From contig OZ024741.1 in the NCBI GenBank assembly GCA_964016885.1, forward strand, positions 99,138,001 to 99,202,000: a stretch of DNA of 64,000 nucleotides, read 5' to 3'. Made by a program: the position numbers and the translations under genes. Below are positions 31,766 to 46,912 of this stretch, piece after piece. Within the stretch, counting starts at the first letter, position 1, and every line of letters begins with the position of its first letter. Source of the stretch: Eledone cirrhosa. Taxonomy: Eukaryota. A model generated the notes under the pieces. That model did no database searches, was not told the origin of the DNA, and worked only from the letters and a program-made list of their open reading frames with translations.

Positions 31766-31899
31766 CAAATCAACCACAGGAGGTCTTATCTCCCTTACAC
31801 CTCTCGCAGGCTTTTTAGTATTATCTGTGTGAAGTGACGGTTTCTGCGCATGCGCGTTCGTGCGGTTGTCCTTCCTGTTCCGTATAACCATGTCCATTA

Positions 31900-31937
31900 C
31901 GAGCTGAGGATCCGCTAAGGTGAAACAATTGTTCTCG
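31900..31937 (+). ncRNA. Minimal type I hammerhead ribozyme (mirror copy 31206-31243 on minus)
   Basis: cgag-CTGAGGA-tccgctaaggt-GAAAC-aatt-GT-T-ctcg: 4-bp stem I and palindromic ACAATTGT. Confidence 0.75.
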
Positions 31938-32032
31938 GTATGGTGAACTAACTGTTGTGTAAACACTTCTACCTAACTCGTCCCATGGACTGAGTGCTCT
32001 ACCACTACGGATATTACCTTCCAGTGTTCTAC

Positions 32033-33674
<1,642 letters not shown>

Positions 33675-33929
33675 AACAGGAAGAGAGTAGACAGACAGGC
33701 AAACAGACAGACAGACAGACAAGCAGAGGTCATAGAAATATATCGGATACAGGAAACTAAATAGTGTAACATAGGCATAAAAATTAGTTCGTTAGTTGTA
33801 GCCTTGATGTCATATCGATTTCGGTTCCTAGGCCGAGATAGTGCCTTCAGTGATGCAAGTAGCTATAAGAAATAGCCACTAGTGAAAGACAGGGCTATAC
33901 AAGAGAGACAGTATACCAAGACATATATA

Positions 33930-34090
33930 AGGCAGCGAATTGGCAGAGTTGTTCAAATATCGGATAGAGTGTTTTGTGGTATTCGTTCCGGCTCTTTGAT
34001 CTCTCACTTCAAATCCCACCGAGGTCAACTTTGCCTTTCTTCTATTCGAGGTCGATAAAAAAAAGTACCAGTCTAATACTGGGATCAGTA
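33930..34090 (+). mobile_element. tRNA-derived SINE (Meta-domain-like)
   Basis: A-box-like TGGCAGAGTTG, B-box-like TTCAAATCCC, core gaggtcgataaaa..gtaccagt. Confidence 0.75.
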
Positions 34091-34669
34091 TCTCTTTCCA
34101 ACTTCCTTTCTCTCACTCTCTATTCTTCTCTGGAATAAATCTGCTGTATTTAGGCCAGGGATGAACTCTGGCAGGTTTAAAGATGCCCTAATAAACGTTG
34201 TATGCCAACATGGCGCCCGTACGACTTCCTGGAGTTACGAGTCTATACCATGGAATACAGGATAACTGTAGGTCTTGTGATTGACATATATAACACAATC
34301 CAAAGACACTCTCTTTTATTCTGCTTTATTTCCAGTGTCTGAAATATTTTTAGTGTACTCCGTGACTCGTCTGCCTCCATTATGATCGTAACACACAGAA
34401 TTTGTCCTTTATATTTGTATTTATAAGATGGAGGATGTGTGTTTTTATATACATGTGTGTGTGTGTGTGAATATATGTGTATTTATATATGCATATGAGT
34501 GAGTACGTGTATGAATATCTCCGCATCTATCGATAGAAAGATTGGGATCTATTGATGTATTTATATCGTTCTATTTAAATCTTTATATATATATAAACAG
34601 AAAGTTATGAAACGAAAATATACATATAGTATGTATATGTGTATGTATATATATATATATACATATATA

Positions 34670-35060
34670 ATTGGTGTTGGATGCTTAAAGCGTCCGTAAG
34701 TGGTAGGCCATTTGAGCACTCGATGTTCTTACAGGGCAGAGTATGATATCACATAAGAAATGGAGAATCAGTGTTGCGACGAATTAAAATTTATTAGACA
34801 TATTACAATTGTTTCTCTGGCGACCAGCTCGAGGCACGATTGATGTAATGATCGAACCTGACTCTGAAATCACAAGGTCCTCAGATCATCTTGATTCTAC
34901 GAAGTAAAATTTCGTAGAATCGAGACGTATCTGGGGACCTTGCGATTTCAGAGTCAGGTTCGATCATTACATCAATCGTGCCTCGAGGTGGTCGCCAGAG
35001 AAACGATTGTCTAATAAATGTTATTCGTTGCAACACTGATTCTCCGTTTCTTATGTGATA
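34670..35060 (-). mobile_element. Fold-back PLE remnant (~155-bp arms, minimal loop)
   Basis: 34746-34903 is the reverse complement of 34910-35060; tail 34670-34745; (TA)n flanks. Confidence 0.8.
34799..34888 (-). ncRNA. Type I hammerhead candidate with ~60-nt stem II
   Basis: Minus strand reads CTGAGGA...GAAAC-aatt-GT-A-atatg. The other arm supplies cgtat as the stem I partner. Confidence 0.55.
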
Positions 35061-35084
35061 TATACATATATATATATACATTTA

Positions 35085-35168
<84 letters not shown>

Positions 35169-35649
35169 CGATTCACAACTGCTTATCCTTCTACACCAGC
35201 TGTAGACGGAAGTGTTAATCGGTTTAAAGTGTTTAATGGATTCGATCTGTCATATCTTTAATTATGATATAAATGTTTATCTAACAGTCACTTTAGCTTG
35301 AGAAGTTTCAAGTTATAGATGGGGGGATTAAGCTTTGTTGTTTGGTGTTAGTTATATATCTCGTCCTCTCTTATACTCTCGTCCTCTCCTAAACACAAAT
35401 GCGGCATCTTTTTGTCTTTGTTCTGTTATTTTATGTCGTTTTTAATACCACATTCCTCTTCATCCGATAAGGATCTGTTGCATTATTGTTTTGCTTTTTT
35501 GTATTTTATGTAGTTATTGTTGCATGTCGTTAGTGAATCGGACAGAATAGCTTCCGATATTTCTTCCGAATCTCCTTAATCTGATCTCAAATCCCTCCGA
35601 GGCTCAAAAACAGGCCGGTGTCCACTTTATCGAAAAGTTAAGTTCCCCT

Positions 35650-35716
<67 letters not shown>

Positions 35717-36612
35717 CATGTTAGTTTCTGAGGAGCATTGTGATATACCACTTACAGGATCGCTTTCTCCAGCAATGAGAAGGTATGTGCGACTGTTTAA
35801 CAAACTCTCCTCATTGAAACACCGATAGACTATTGAAAGTACCTCATGATGGCTCGATATGAAGTACAGCATGGGACAGAAATTAAGATGGAGTTATTGT
35901 TGTTTGTATTTAGCGACAGGTCAAATATACCTATGCTTAAAATATATTTTAGTTACCCTGAGTTCTTTCCTATATCTCGGACTACATTATTACTCTTTTA
36001 CTCTTTTACCTGCTCGAGCCATTTTATGACTCTAGTGTTTCATATTAGGCAAATTTGGTTGCATTTTAAAGTTAATCAAGTAAATATGTAGAGGTTTCTC
36101 CGTTTGTTGTTACTGTGGACGTCTAATACTATTTTCAGCTATAGTGTACATAGAACCACATTAGCCAATGTTTCTTTCGTTTTATCAGATTGTAGAAAGT
36201 GAGCGTTCGCCAATATTTGCAGCCTCTGGAGCTACTATATAATGTAAACGTTTTCAAAAACTACACATTCAAATATATTAGAATGTTTGCTTCTGAGGAT
36301 TAACGGTAGAATGGATGTATTTTGTCGAAGTTTAAACTATGGAGTTACATACCTATTAGGAAATAATCTGTATATCGATAAAAGTTTTTGTTCATTTTTT
36401 CCTTTGAAACGATCGTAAAACAAAGGATTAATTAACTACTAAATCGTATCTTATTTGTTTTTATTGTTCAACACACACACACACACAAACACACATATAT
36501 ATATATATACACACACATATATATATGCACACACATATATATATATACACACACATATATATATATACATACATATATGCATACATACACATATTTATGT
36601 ATATATGTATGC

Positions 36613-36657
<45 letters not shown>

Positions 36658-36897
36658 TATGTCTGTGTGTGCGTGTGCGCGCATGTGTGTGTGTGTGCGT
36701 GTGTGTGCGTAATTGTATATGTGTGTATATGTGTGTGTCAATCGAACAATGTTGAAACCGTTGATGTAGTGATTCCTTTTTTTGACTCATCTAGTTAATG
36801 GCTTCTTTATCTGCCGGTCAGACTGACTACATCTCTGTCTTCTTATATCTTTGTCTCTTCGCTTGTCTGTCTGCCTGTATATATATATATATATATA

Positions 36898-37256
36898 GTA
36901 ATAATAATAAATTTAAAGACTAGAAGACTAAAATCCAAAGAGGGCTCGATAAGGATAAATATATATCAAATATATAAGAACCGTAGAGCAAATATTTATT
37001 AAAATAACAGATTATAGTTTTAGCAAAGAATCGCTGCTTTCACCCTTAACAGGATCTTCTGAAACTAAAATAATCAATCTGTGAACGCAGGAGTAAATAT
37101 TTCTAAAACCGTTGCAACCGAAGGAAGACAGGAAGACGATACTTTGGTTCGTGGAAACGTTCCCTGGCAAAGAACGGAAAAAAACTAAGATAATAAGTCA
37201 TTATTTGGATCGGTGAAAGCAGCGATTCTTTGCTTAAACTTTAATCTGTTATTTTA

Positions 37257-37262
<6 letters not shown>
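36898..37262 (-). mobile_element. Solo pLTR + tail of the 16337 PLE family with short inverted arm
   Basis: 36898-37216 resembles 16337-16645; inverted arm 37212-37262; (TA)n flanks. Confidence 0.9.
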
Positions 37263-37294
<32 letters not shown>

Positions 37295-37670
37295 GAATAT
37301 ATACCCGATCGCGCGGTTAAACCACTGGGAGTGAAGGACCCCTAGCTTTTGTCAGGGAATTTTTCTACGAGAAGGCAACTCAGGATACTGGCATTACTCC
37401 GATATAAAACCTGCGGCTCTGTAATTACTGTTGATGTTGATCCTTTCTTCTTTTCGGATTATAGCTACTGTCGGTGAGGGAGTGGGATTGGCTCAGTTCA
37501 CAGTCTTTCCTCACTTTAAAAAATATCTTCACGCACAGGCATTGCACGATATAATTAATTAATAATGGTATATCGGGCAATGGCCATACTCGATAACGAG
37601 GGGGCAGCCATCATATATTTTTTTTTCTGTGTCTGTGACTATCATTTACACTATCTAGTACTATGCGACC

Positions 37671-37757
<87 letters not shown>

Positions 37758-39114
37758 TTATATGCACACATATATTTCTCTCACATCTCTACCCAACATC
37801 TATGTATATGTAGGTATGTAAGTATGTATTTATGTATGTATGAATGTATGTATAAATGTATGTATGTATGCTTGTACGTACGCTTGCATGTATGTATGTA
37901 TGCATGCTTGTATGTATGTATGTATGTATGTATGTATGCATGCTTGTATGTAGGTATCTACGTATGTAGATATATGTGCTTAACATTATCTATGTTGAAA
38001 ATATCGCTACTCCAAGTCAGTTATACGTGTGCACTGTATTTGACATCCCACTGATTACACTGAGTTTATAAGTATAACACGCATGAGTTACTTTCTACAT
38101 TAACTACACACGGCCCCAGTACCTATCCCAACCCCACTGACACTACAACATTACCCTACATATGCCAATATATTGATTCTCCCGGCCACATCATAAGTCC
38201 ACAGAATCAAAGAATCGATTAAAGTGGAATCTTTTTACCGTTTCTCTCCGAAATAAATACATTTTTATCTCTCGTGGGCCCTGGACACAATAGATAAGGG
38301 ACAAGTAATTATTTCATATCAAACGATGTGGAAGAATGCGGAGAGCAAATTGCAGAGCATCACGTGACGTTTACCGCACAATAGGTTTTTGTTATAAAAG
38401 GTTACATAATGGTGAATCGCTTGGATGATAGGAATGTATTGTCACTGTCTGGAAACGAAGCTTGTTATAGAAATATGTGAAGTTGTGTGCCGTGCTGACT
38501 TGACGCCACTGACATATACATATACATATATATATATATGCACACAAACACACACACATACATACATACATTACATAAATACTTACATCACATACATACA
38601 CACACATACATACATACACACACACACATACGTACTTCACATGCATACATACATACATGTATGCACACAATTATATATATGTGTGGGGGGATGTGTGTGG
38701 GTGCGTGTGTGTGAGTGTGTGTGTGAGTGTGTGGGTGCGTGTGTGTGAGTGTGTGTGTGTGCGTATGTGTGTGTGTGCGTATGTATGTGTGTGTGTGTGT
38801 GTGTTGGCTCCGTTACAATCAGTATAAAAATCCCAGCCATGTCCACTTTGCCTGTCATTGTTCTGGGTTTGGCCAGATATATATTAGGATCGTTGTTGTT
38901 ATTGTTCAGTTCCATGTTAGCATCTAGAAGAGTAATGCCCAATGTTCTTCCAGCCGTGGCCATCTCCATTCTTTTCTTTATGAGCAAAGAAATCAAAGCG
39001 TCATTGTTTGACATGTCTGGTTTTAAGATATTGATGGAATTTGATAGTGATCTGGCTGCTATTTCTCTCAGGTCGAGCAACATCGCATTGCTGTCGTTGG
39101 TTCAGTAAGAGATA

Positions 39115-39645
39115 AATTGACAGAATCTTTAGAGCTTTGTACAAGTACCTTCTGGTATTTAGTTACACCCTTTTACGTTCTGAATTCAAAGCCCGCCGAG
39201 ACCAGATTTGTCATTTATCCTTCTGCGGTCGATAAAATAAAGAACCTTTCAAGAACTGGAGTTGATTTAATATTTAATATTCCTAAAGACATCCTAGATG
39301 TGAATTGAAATAGGAAACTAGACAAAACTTTATGAAATATCCTCCTGTCAAGTATCATTTTACCATCTTATTTAAAATGGATTAACTGATTTACTTCTAG
39401 TATAATATTATACTGTAATAAATAGGGTGGTGGATTTAGAGAAATGCTAGAATGTCGGAACAAAATACTTTGCGGCATGTAGTTATGGCTCTTTATGTTC
39501 TGAATTCAAATACCATAAAGGTCAGCTTTGCATATCATCCTTCTCGAGGTCGTTAAAATAAAGTACCAGTCAGGCTGGGGTCGATATAATTAGTATATCC
39601 CGCCCCCAAACATTGTTTGGCTTGTACCTAAATTACAAACCAATA
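39115..39645 (+). mobile_element. Two tRNA-derived SINE copies (39115-39270, 39425-39645)
   Basis: gttctgaattcaaa..tcatcctt..ggtcg.taaaataaag core in both. Confidence 0.7.
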
Positions 39646-39703
39646 CTATACTGAAATATATTAGAAATGTTGACATAACTTAGACTGTAGTTATATATGT
39701 ATA

Positions 39704-39850
39704 CTAGCTGAGGTACCCGGCTTCGCTCGGGAGAATAGTTAAGAGAAGACGGAAAAAAGAGAAAACGACGCTAGTGGATGTGTTGTCTGCTATGAGGTGA
39801 GACCGTAATGCGTGTGTGTGTGTGTGTGTGTGTGTCGCGCGCTACCGCGC

Positions 39851-39904
<54 letters not shown>

Positions 39905-40271
39905 CATAGAACTTCCTTATTAGGCTGGGGGAGTAAACTGCCGATTAAATGGTAGCATTGGCCTTCGATTTTAAATGTTATGAAATAACCATAGTCAATA
40001 TGATCTTTTTCAGCTCCAAAGGACGTCATCTGAAACGTAGCAAAATACCGCATAACATTGCTTTTGAAGTGTTTAGCTTCGTTAGTATGGTCTGTAAGTA
40101 GTATATGGATAAAAACTGGAGGGTAGATTAATTTTAAATAGTATCAATTTTTCTTTGTTCTGTAAAATCAAAGACTGTAAACCGACTTTATGAAAGCTAA
40201 TGCAATATAGTTAAACCCTCCTATAGGTCAAAGGATCCATAGTTTAAGCCGTTTCTAGACTTTCGTGGGAC

Positions 40272-40337
<66 letters not shown>

Positions 40338-40530
40338 CTCTCTCTCCCTCAATATCTAACACTCTAATTGTATCTCTCTCTGTATAACAGCATATCTCTA
40401 TCTTTTTCAGCCTTTCCCTCTGTCTCTCTCTATTTAGATGTGTGTGTGTGTGTGCGTGTAGTTTTCGTGTGATTCAACCAGCCAGCCAGCCAGCCAACCA
40501 ACCAATAAACATCTCTCATTTATATATACA
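39704..40530 (-). mobile_element. Non-autonomous Helitron-like element
   Basis: On minus: hairpin cccgagcgaagccggg about 8 nt before terminal CTAG then T. Other end resembles the tatatataaa..gatgt start of the 53620 element. Internal microsatellites. Confidence 0.65.
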
Positions 40531-40859
40531 TATATAACTGTTGTCTAGGTTATATATAATACGGATGTGCTTTCATACTCAGTCCAATTATGCTTAAAGG
40601 GCTGTCTTACTGCTACTGGTAAGATGATGATGGTTATCACTCGATAAACGAACGAGACATGGAACGAAAGTTTTTCTGACAAATTTCGCCATCGAGTCTA
40701 ATGGGTATTGATGGATTGTATGATGTTTCTTAATGCCACCGGATGATTTGCATTTTTTGTGGCAGATCTGATATATAAAGTCTGAGTTCAATTTATATGC
40801 AAATTAGTTTATATTGTGCGACCTTAGATTGGATTTCGGACCGGCAATGGATAGGCATA

Positions 40860-40937
<78 letters not shown>

Positions 40938-40940
40938 TAT

Positions 40941-41126
40941 AAATGGCTTATACAGGACTAGAACTGTTTCATTTTGGAGAAATCATCAGGAAACTTTTCT
41001 CCCGAATGAAACAGTCCTAGTCCTGTAGAAGCCATTTCTATATTAAATCTTTATACTCTGCTATGTATTGAGTACCTTACTTACTGTGGTCTTACTGCGG
41101 TTACTCCCGATTGAACCCGGGATACA

Positions 41127-41127
<1 letters not shown>
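40941..41127 (+). mobile_element. Miniature fold-back PLE remnant with hammerhead (40946-40994, minus)
   Basis: 33-bp arms 40941-40973 and 41005-41037. Minus strand gtttc-CTGATGA-tttctccaaaat-GAAAcag..ctgt-A. (TA)n flanks. Confidence 0.7.
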
Positions 41128-41207
<80 letters not shown>

Positions 41208-41414
41208 CTAATTGTTGACTACATTAACTGGTTGTAATAGAGACTAATTAGAACTTTGTAATGTATGTAGAATAAGTTATATAATGCATTGTACAGCAGA
41301 TAACTTCATTTATTCTGTGTCACATCTGTTTAACATCTGGTATGAGATATCATCTTTGTACTTTATCTGTAACATATGTGTTCCCAATGTGTGTATATAT
41401 ATATATATATGTGT

Positions 41415-41476
<62 letters not shown>

Positions 41477-41664
41477 TGTTGTTGTACGTGCGTATCTTTG
41501 TACGTAATATTTGTGATATATATATATGTAACTTTTGTGCAACATCTATATAAATCCAATGTCTGTAAGATGTGATTTGTGGGTGACTTGGTAGTTATTT
41601 ATAGCATATCAAGCCACTGGGTTGAATTTCCCCTGGGGTGGAAAATAGAGGTGTAGTTATAATA

Positions 41665-41850
41665 ATTGTTTCTGCTTTTGGCACAAGGCCAGCAATTATT
41701 CCAGTGTATTACTGGTACTTTATTTTATCGAACCCTTAAGGATGAAAAGCAAAGTTAACCTTGGCGGGATTTAAACTCAGACCATAAAGAGCCGAACTCT
41801 ATGCTGTAAGACATGGCGTCGACCCTCTACCGATACTGCCAATCCACCGT
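41665..41850 (-). mobile_element. tRNA-derived SINE (Meta-domain-like)
   Basis: Near-identical to copies at 53436 and 61837. Confidence 0.8.
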
Positions 41851-41869
41851 CCATGTAACATTGTTATAT

Positions 41870-42344
41870 GTGAACAGAAATAAGATTTCGCTTCAAGCAT
41901 AGCTTTATACAATATGTATAGAAATTTCGTATTTCTAAAGAAATACGGTTTTAGGAAGCCGTAGCTATGCAAACACCGGGTAGCTAACGCCCTCTGGTGG
42001 TGTCCAGAAGAAGCAAGGGGGACAACCGCCTATGCATTTCAGGCTTGACTAGCCTTCATCAGGATAGTCCCTACCACCGCTTGCCACTGCTGGACTTGAA
42101 AACAGTCGAGAATATATAGTTTTCTCGCCTGTGTAAATGAGGTGATTAATCTCATTTGCATATGGAACTGCATAAGTTGGCTCAACTTATATTAGAAGAG
42201 AAATAAGATTTCGCTTCAAGCATAGCTTTTATGCATATGCTTCTGCTTGACACCACCAGAGGGCGTTAGCCCCCCGGTGTTTGCATAGCTACGGCTTCCT
42301 AAAACCGTATTTCTTTAGAAATACGAAATTTCTATACATATTGT
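41870..42344 (-). mobile_element. PLE remnant with direct + inverted repeats
   Basis: 31-bp direct repeat 41876/42199; inverted arms 41908-42013 and 42239-42344; internal hammerhead. Confidence 0.75.
42019..42071 (-). ncRNA. Minimal type I hammerhead ribozyme
   Basis: gggactatc-CTGATGA-aggct-agtca-agcct-GAAA-tgca-T-A-ggcggttgtccc: perfect 5-bp stem II and palindromic ATGCAT. Confidence 0.75.
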
Positions 42345-42861
42345 TATATTGGTTGATAGGGGCTCGTAAAAAGAGCCACTAAATTTCCCTAAAATTACAT
42401 ATTATCGCCTTAAAAAAACACGTTGAATAATCCAAACGATCCTGGATTCCTTGTAAACAAGAAAAATACTGGATGGTCACGGCTGGTATAAGTATCATCA
42501 TATATCTATTCGATCTGAGCTGAACGAGGACTTAAGTACAAAAACAATAACGAAATGAAACAAAACTGCAAGCTTTATAGTTATTGTTCAATTGTTAAAT
42601 TGAAACGTTTGAATGTTGTGGCAGCTTTGATGGAGTACTGCCCTTGCTCTGACACTGGTTGCTAAGTAATACGTCATCTTAACAAACAAACTGTTTTCCT
42701 CGCATACCCCTTCCTTTTACACTCTCTTTAGTTAGGGTGAAGTGTTGAAGTGAAGTGATGTGGGAATAAATAGTAAGGGCTTAGTTCATTTCTCCTCTAT
42801 TTGGTTTACTTATTACCCACTTCCCAATGTCATTAATTGTTCATTATAATACACTTATTTG

Positions 42862-42985
<124 letters not shown>

Positions 42986-43250
42986 GCTGTGTGTCTGTAC
43001 GTGTGTATGTGTGCGTAGGTATGTATGTGTGTAGCAATGTGTGTGTGTTTGAGTGCTTTTATACATTTACACACTAATATATATACATATATGGGCGTCA
43101 AATGATGATGTTATACGTATGTATGTATGATGTGAGCATATTTTTTTGTATAGAATTTGTCATTTGTTTACAATTTAAGTAGGTATACATAGGAGTGGTT
43201 GTGCATATAGGCATATGTAAACACATGCATACATTGGAATGTGCGTGTTA

Positions 43251-43306
<56 letters not shown>

Positions 43307-43308
<2 letters not shown>

Positions 43309-43949
43309 CAACTAGTTATCGCCGTACATGACTGAATACAATAAATGTAATCTGAGTTTTTAGAACATTAATAATAATATTCAATTCGTTTGCAATTATG
43401 CAAACAGTCTCTTTTAAGCCATGTCAGTAGAATGAGCCCCTCATTCTTGTTCTTGTGTTTGCATGTAAACTGAACTACAAACACTAATGTTTCTGAGGGG
43501 TTACCCTTCATCAGTACAGTTTACTGTTCACCTGCCAACTGTCAGAGCTAGTGTAAATATATGATATTTTCTAAAATATACAGTGACTGATCGGCCTGAT
43601 TTGCATATTAGCAGACTGGCTGAATAGTCAGATCTGCATATTAGTAGATCCACTGATCAGCCAGATTTGCATATATGTAGATAGGCCAATCAGTTTCCTG
43701 TATACAAGCAATTAATGGCCGGCTTTGCCATATTCAAATAACTAACAACTAGTTATCGCTCTACATGGCTGAATACAATAAATGTAATCTGAGTTTTTCG
43801 AATATTAATAATAATATTCGATTCGTTTGCAATTATGCAAACAGTCTCTTTTAATCCATGTCAGTAGAAGAGCAAGAATGAGGGGGTCATTCTATTGATA
43901 TGGCTTAAAAGAGGCTGTTTTCATAATTGCAAACGAATCGATAATTTTG

Positions 43950-43950
<1 letters not shown>
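43307..43950 (-). mobile_element. PLE remnant: partial tandem pLTR plus inverted arm
   Basis: Direct repeats 43306-43431 and 43744-43869; 43870-43940 is the reverse complement of 43383-43452; (TA)n flanks. Confidence 0.8.
43473..43521 (-). ncRNA. Type I hammerhead candidate
   Basis: aactgta-CTGATGA-agggtaacccctca-GAAAca-ttag-tgt-T-tgtagtt; stem II base is irregular. Confidence 0.6.
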
Positions 43951-43982
<32 letters not shown>

Positions 43983-44197
43983 ATATGTTAATTATTTTCA
44001 ACTGAACCAGATCAATTATGATATATAGTCATCTGATCCAGAAATATTATATGGAGTAGCGAAACAATTGTAAACGGACATTATTATTATTAATATTATT
44101 ATTATTCTCTACATCCCTTACATCAAACTAAAATAAGTTGACAATCTTTTAATAATGTCTTCCTTGTGAAGTTTGTGGTCTTGTTTTGCTTAACTAA

Positions 44198-44873
<676 letters not shown>

Positions 44874-44876
<3 letters not shown>

Positions 44877-45866
44877 AAAGTTCTATTTAAAATTGTTGGG
44901 ATACAACAAGTAAATATTTTTATAACTGGTATAAAGCACTCGACAAGTATTTGGAGTAGATATACGATATTAATAAATGGAAACTATATTTATAAAACCA
45001 TATTTATTTCATTATACATATTTCAGGGATACCAAATTAAATCATGGTATGCCTTCATCAGACAAAATACAATATATAACAGTTTTACAAATAAGCTTTG
45101 ACGTACCCTTTTAAAATGCAACCATTATTTTTGGAAGCCATCTGGATAGTGAATTGTTTATATTATTTTAATAAGTCTTAGTGTTAAGGACAATTAGAAA
45201 AAGACGGAGAGAAAGAAAAAAGACGGAGAGAGAGAAAAAAGAAAAAGAAAAGACGTGGAGAAATATCGGAGAGAGAGAAATGCATGGAGAAAAAAGAGAG
45301 AGATAAATAAAGAGAGAGATAAATAAATTCATTTCATATAAATTGTTAACTCAACTTAATATGACATGACGTAAAGTTTTCATTATCTCCCCCTCTCTTA
45401 TTATTTCTCTCTCTTGAGTTTTTCTATCTGTCTGATGACTTGATATCTCTCTGTTGCTTTCCTCTGTTTTTCTTATTTCTTCCTTTTTTCTTTTTTTTTT
45501 CTTTCCTCCTGTCTTTATTTATCTCTCTCTCTTTTCTCCATGCATTTCTCTCTCTCCGATATTTCTCCACGTTTTTTTCTTTTTCTTTTTTCTCTCTCTC
45601 CGTCTTTTTTCTTTCTCTCCGTCTTTTTCTAATTGTCCTTAACACTAAGACTTATTAAAATAATATAAACAATTCACTATCCAGATGGCTTCCAAAAATA
45701 ATGGTTGCATTTTAAAAGGGTACGTCAAAACTTATTTGTAAAACTGTTATATATTGTATTTTGTCTGATGAAGGCATACCATGATTTAATTTGGTATCCC
45801 TGAAATATGTATAATGAAATAAATATGGTTTTATAAATATAGTTTCCATTTATTAATATCGTATAT
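44874..45866 (-). mobile_element. Non-coding PLE remnant with ~350-bp inverted arms
   Basis: 44961-45312 is the reverse complement of 45512-45865; tail 44874-44960; (TA)n flanks. Confidence 0.85.
45757..45821 (+). ncRNA. Type I hammerhead ribozyme (mirror copy 45005-45069 on minus)
   Basis: tattttgt-CTGATGA-agg.atacca..tggtat.cct-GAAAt-atgt-at-A-atgaaata. Confidence 0.75.
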
Positions 45867-45874
45867 ATATATAT

Positions 45875-46059
45875 ATTTATTAAAATAACAGATTAAAGTT
45901 TAAGCAAAGAATCGCTGCTTTCACCCTTAACGGGATCTTCTGAAACTAACAAAGTCAATCTGTAAACGCAGAAGTGCTCTACGGTTCTTATATATTTGAT
46001 ATATATTTATCCTTATCGAGCCCTCTTTGGATTTTAGTCTTCAAATTTATCATTATTAC
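45875..46059 (+). mobile_element. Inverted pLTR piece joined to tail, 16337 PLE family
   Basis: 45875-45976 matches 16425-16523; 45975-46059 is the reverse complement of 16337-16421; (TA)n flanks. Confidence 0.9.
45889..45962 (-). ncRNA. Hammerhead variant with CAGAAGA core (also 37008-37081 on minus)
   Basis: cagattg..agttt-CAGAAGA-tccc-gttaa-gggt-GAAAgca-gcgattctt-tgct-T-aaact-t-taatctg; all three stems pair. Confidence 0.6.
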
Positions 46060-46085
46060 TATATATATATATATACAGAGAGAGT

Positions 46086-46174
<89 letters not shown>

Positions 46175-46657
46175 AGAGAGAGAGAGAGGGGGGGGGGGAA
46201 GATTTCTGTTTATAAAAAGGGTTGCACGGTACCGACTATTCAAACGACTGAGTTAGGGAAGCAGCTTAACAATATATAAGTAGAAATATTTGTAAACATA
46301 TTGAAATATGGTTGCTAACCGATATTTCATTGGTAGCTGGAAAACCTTTAGAAAATGCATCATACATTCCTGTATTCAATTGTTAAACGCTCAGGTAGTT
46401 ATCTATTCATGTGCAAAAATACATGGTGTTTTCATAGTTTTACTACCATATGTCTGAATGTTAACAAAGAAGGAGGCTATTGTTAATGAACTTTTGGGGA
46501 TGATGAATGTATAATTTTTTTAGATGTATATGACCATGTTTTCAGAAATGTTAAATCCATTATGTGGCAAATATTAAACTATTTGAGTTGAAAGCTGGAA
46601 ATTCCTCAATAAATACTGATGAATTTTCTGCATAAATTCACCGATTGCAATCATAAT

Positions 46658-46912
46658 TGCTGGTCTGCCATCCCGGGCACCGTCACCCCCATTACAGAGG
46701 AGAGGAAGATAACTAAATACCGAGGCTTGACCGACCATTTCCTTTTCGTACCGGTCACCGTCATAACCTCAGGTGTCTTCGGTCCCCGCACTGCTGATTT
46801 ACTTTGTAATATCGAAAAGACAGTATCCTGCCTGGGGTCGTTGTTGCAGCGGGTATCGCTGGTCATGCTCCGCAGCACTACTGTTGCCATTTTGTCCACA
46901 TGTCGCATCTGA
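46658..46912 (+). pseudogene. 3' fragment of an RLE non-LTR retrotransposon (CRE-like endonuclease C-terminus)
   Basis: EERKITKYRGL..FLFVPVTVITSGVFGP..LLQRVSLVMLR resembles the K..KY / F.P..ET.G..G / QR.S motifs. Confidence 0.65.

Larger units (their letters stand above)
31175..32035 (+). mobile_element. Truncated PLE, third family; inverted part carries the ORF fragment
   Basis: Arms 31175-31357 and 31786-31969; tail 31970-32035; (TA)n flanks. Confidence 0.88.

Noticed and set aside
38637-39108. Plausible-looking ORFs on both strands
   Set aside because: They overlap an old dispersed repeat (gatttg..gctgctatttct..ggtc) also seen near 21570, 49400, 51940 and 54430
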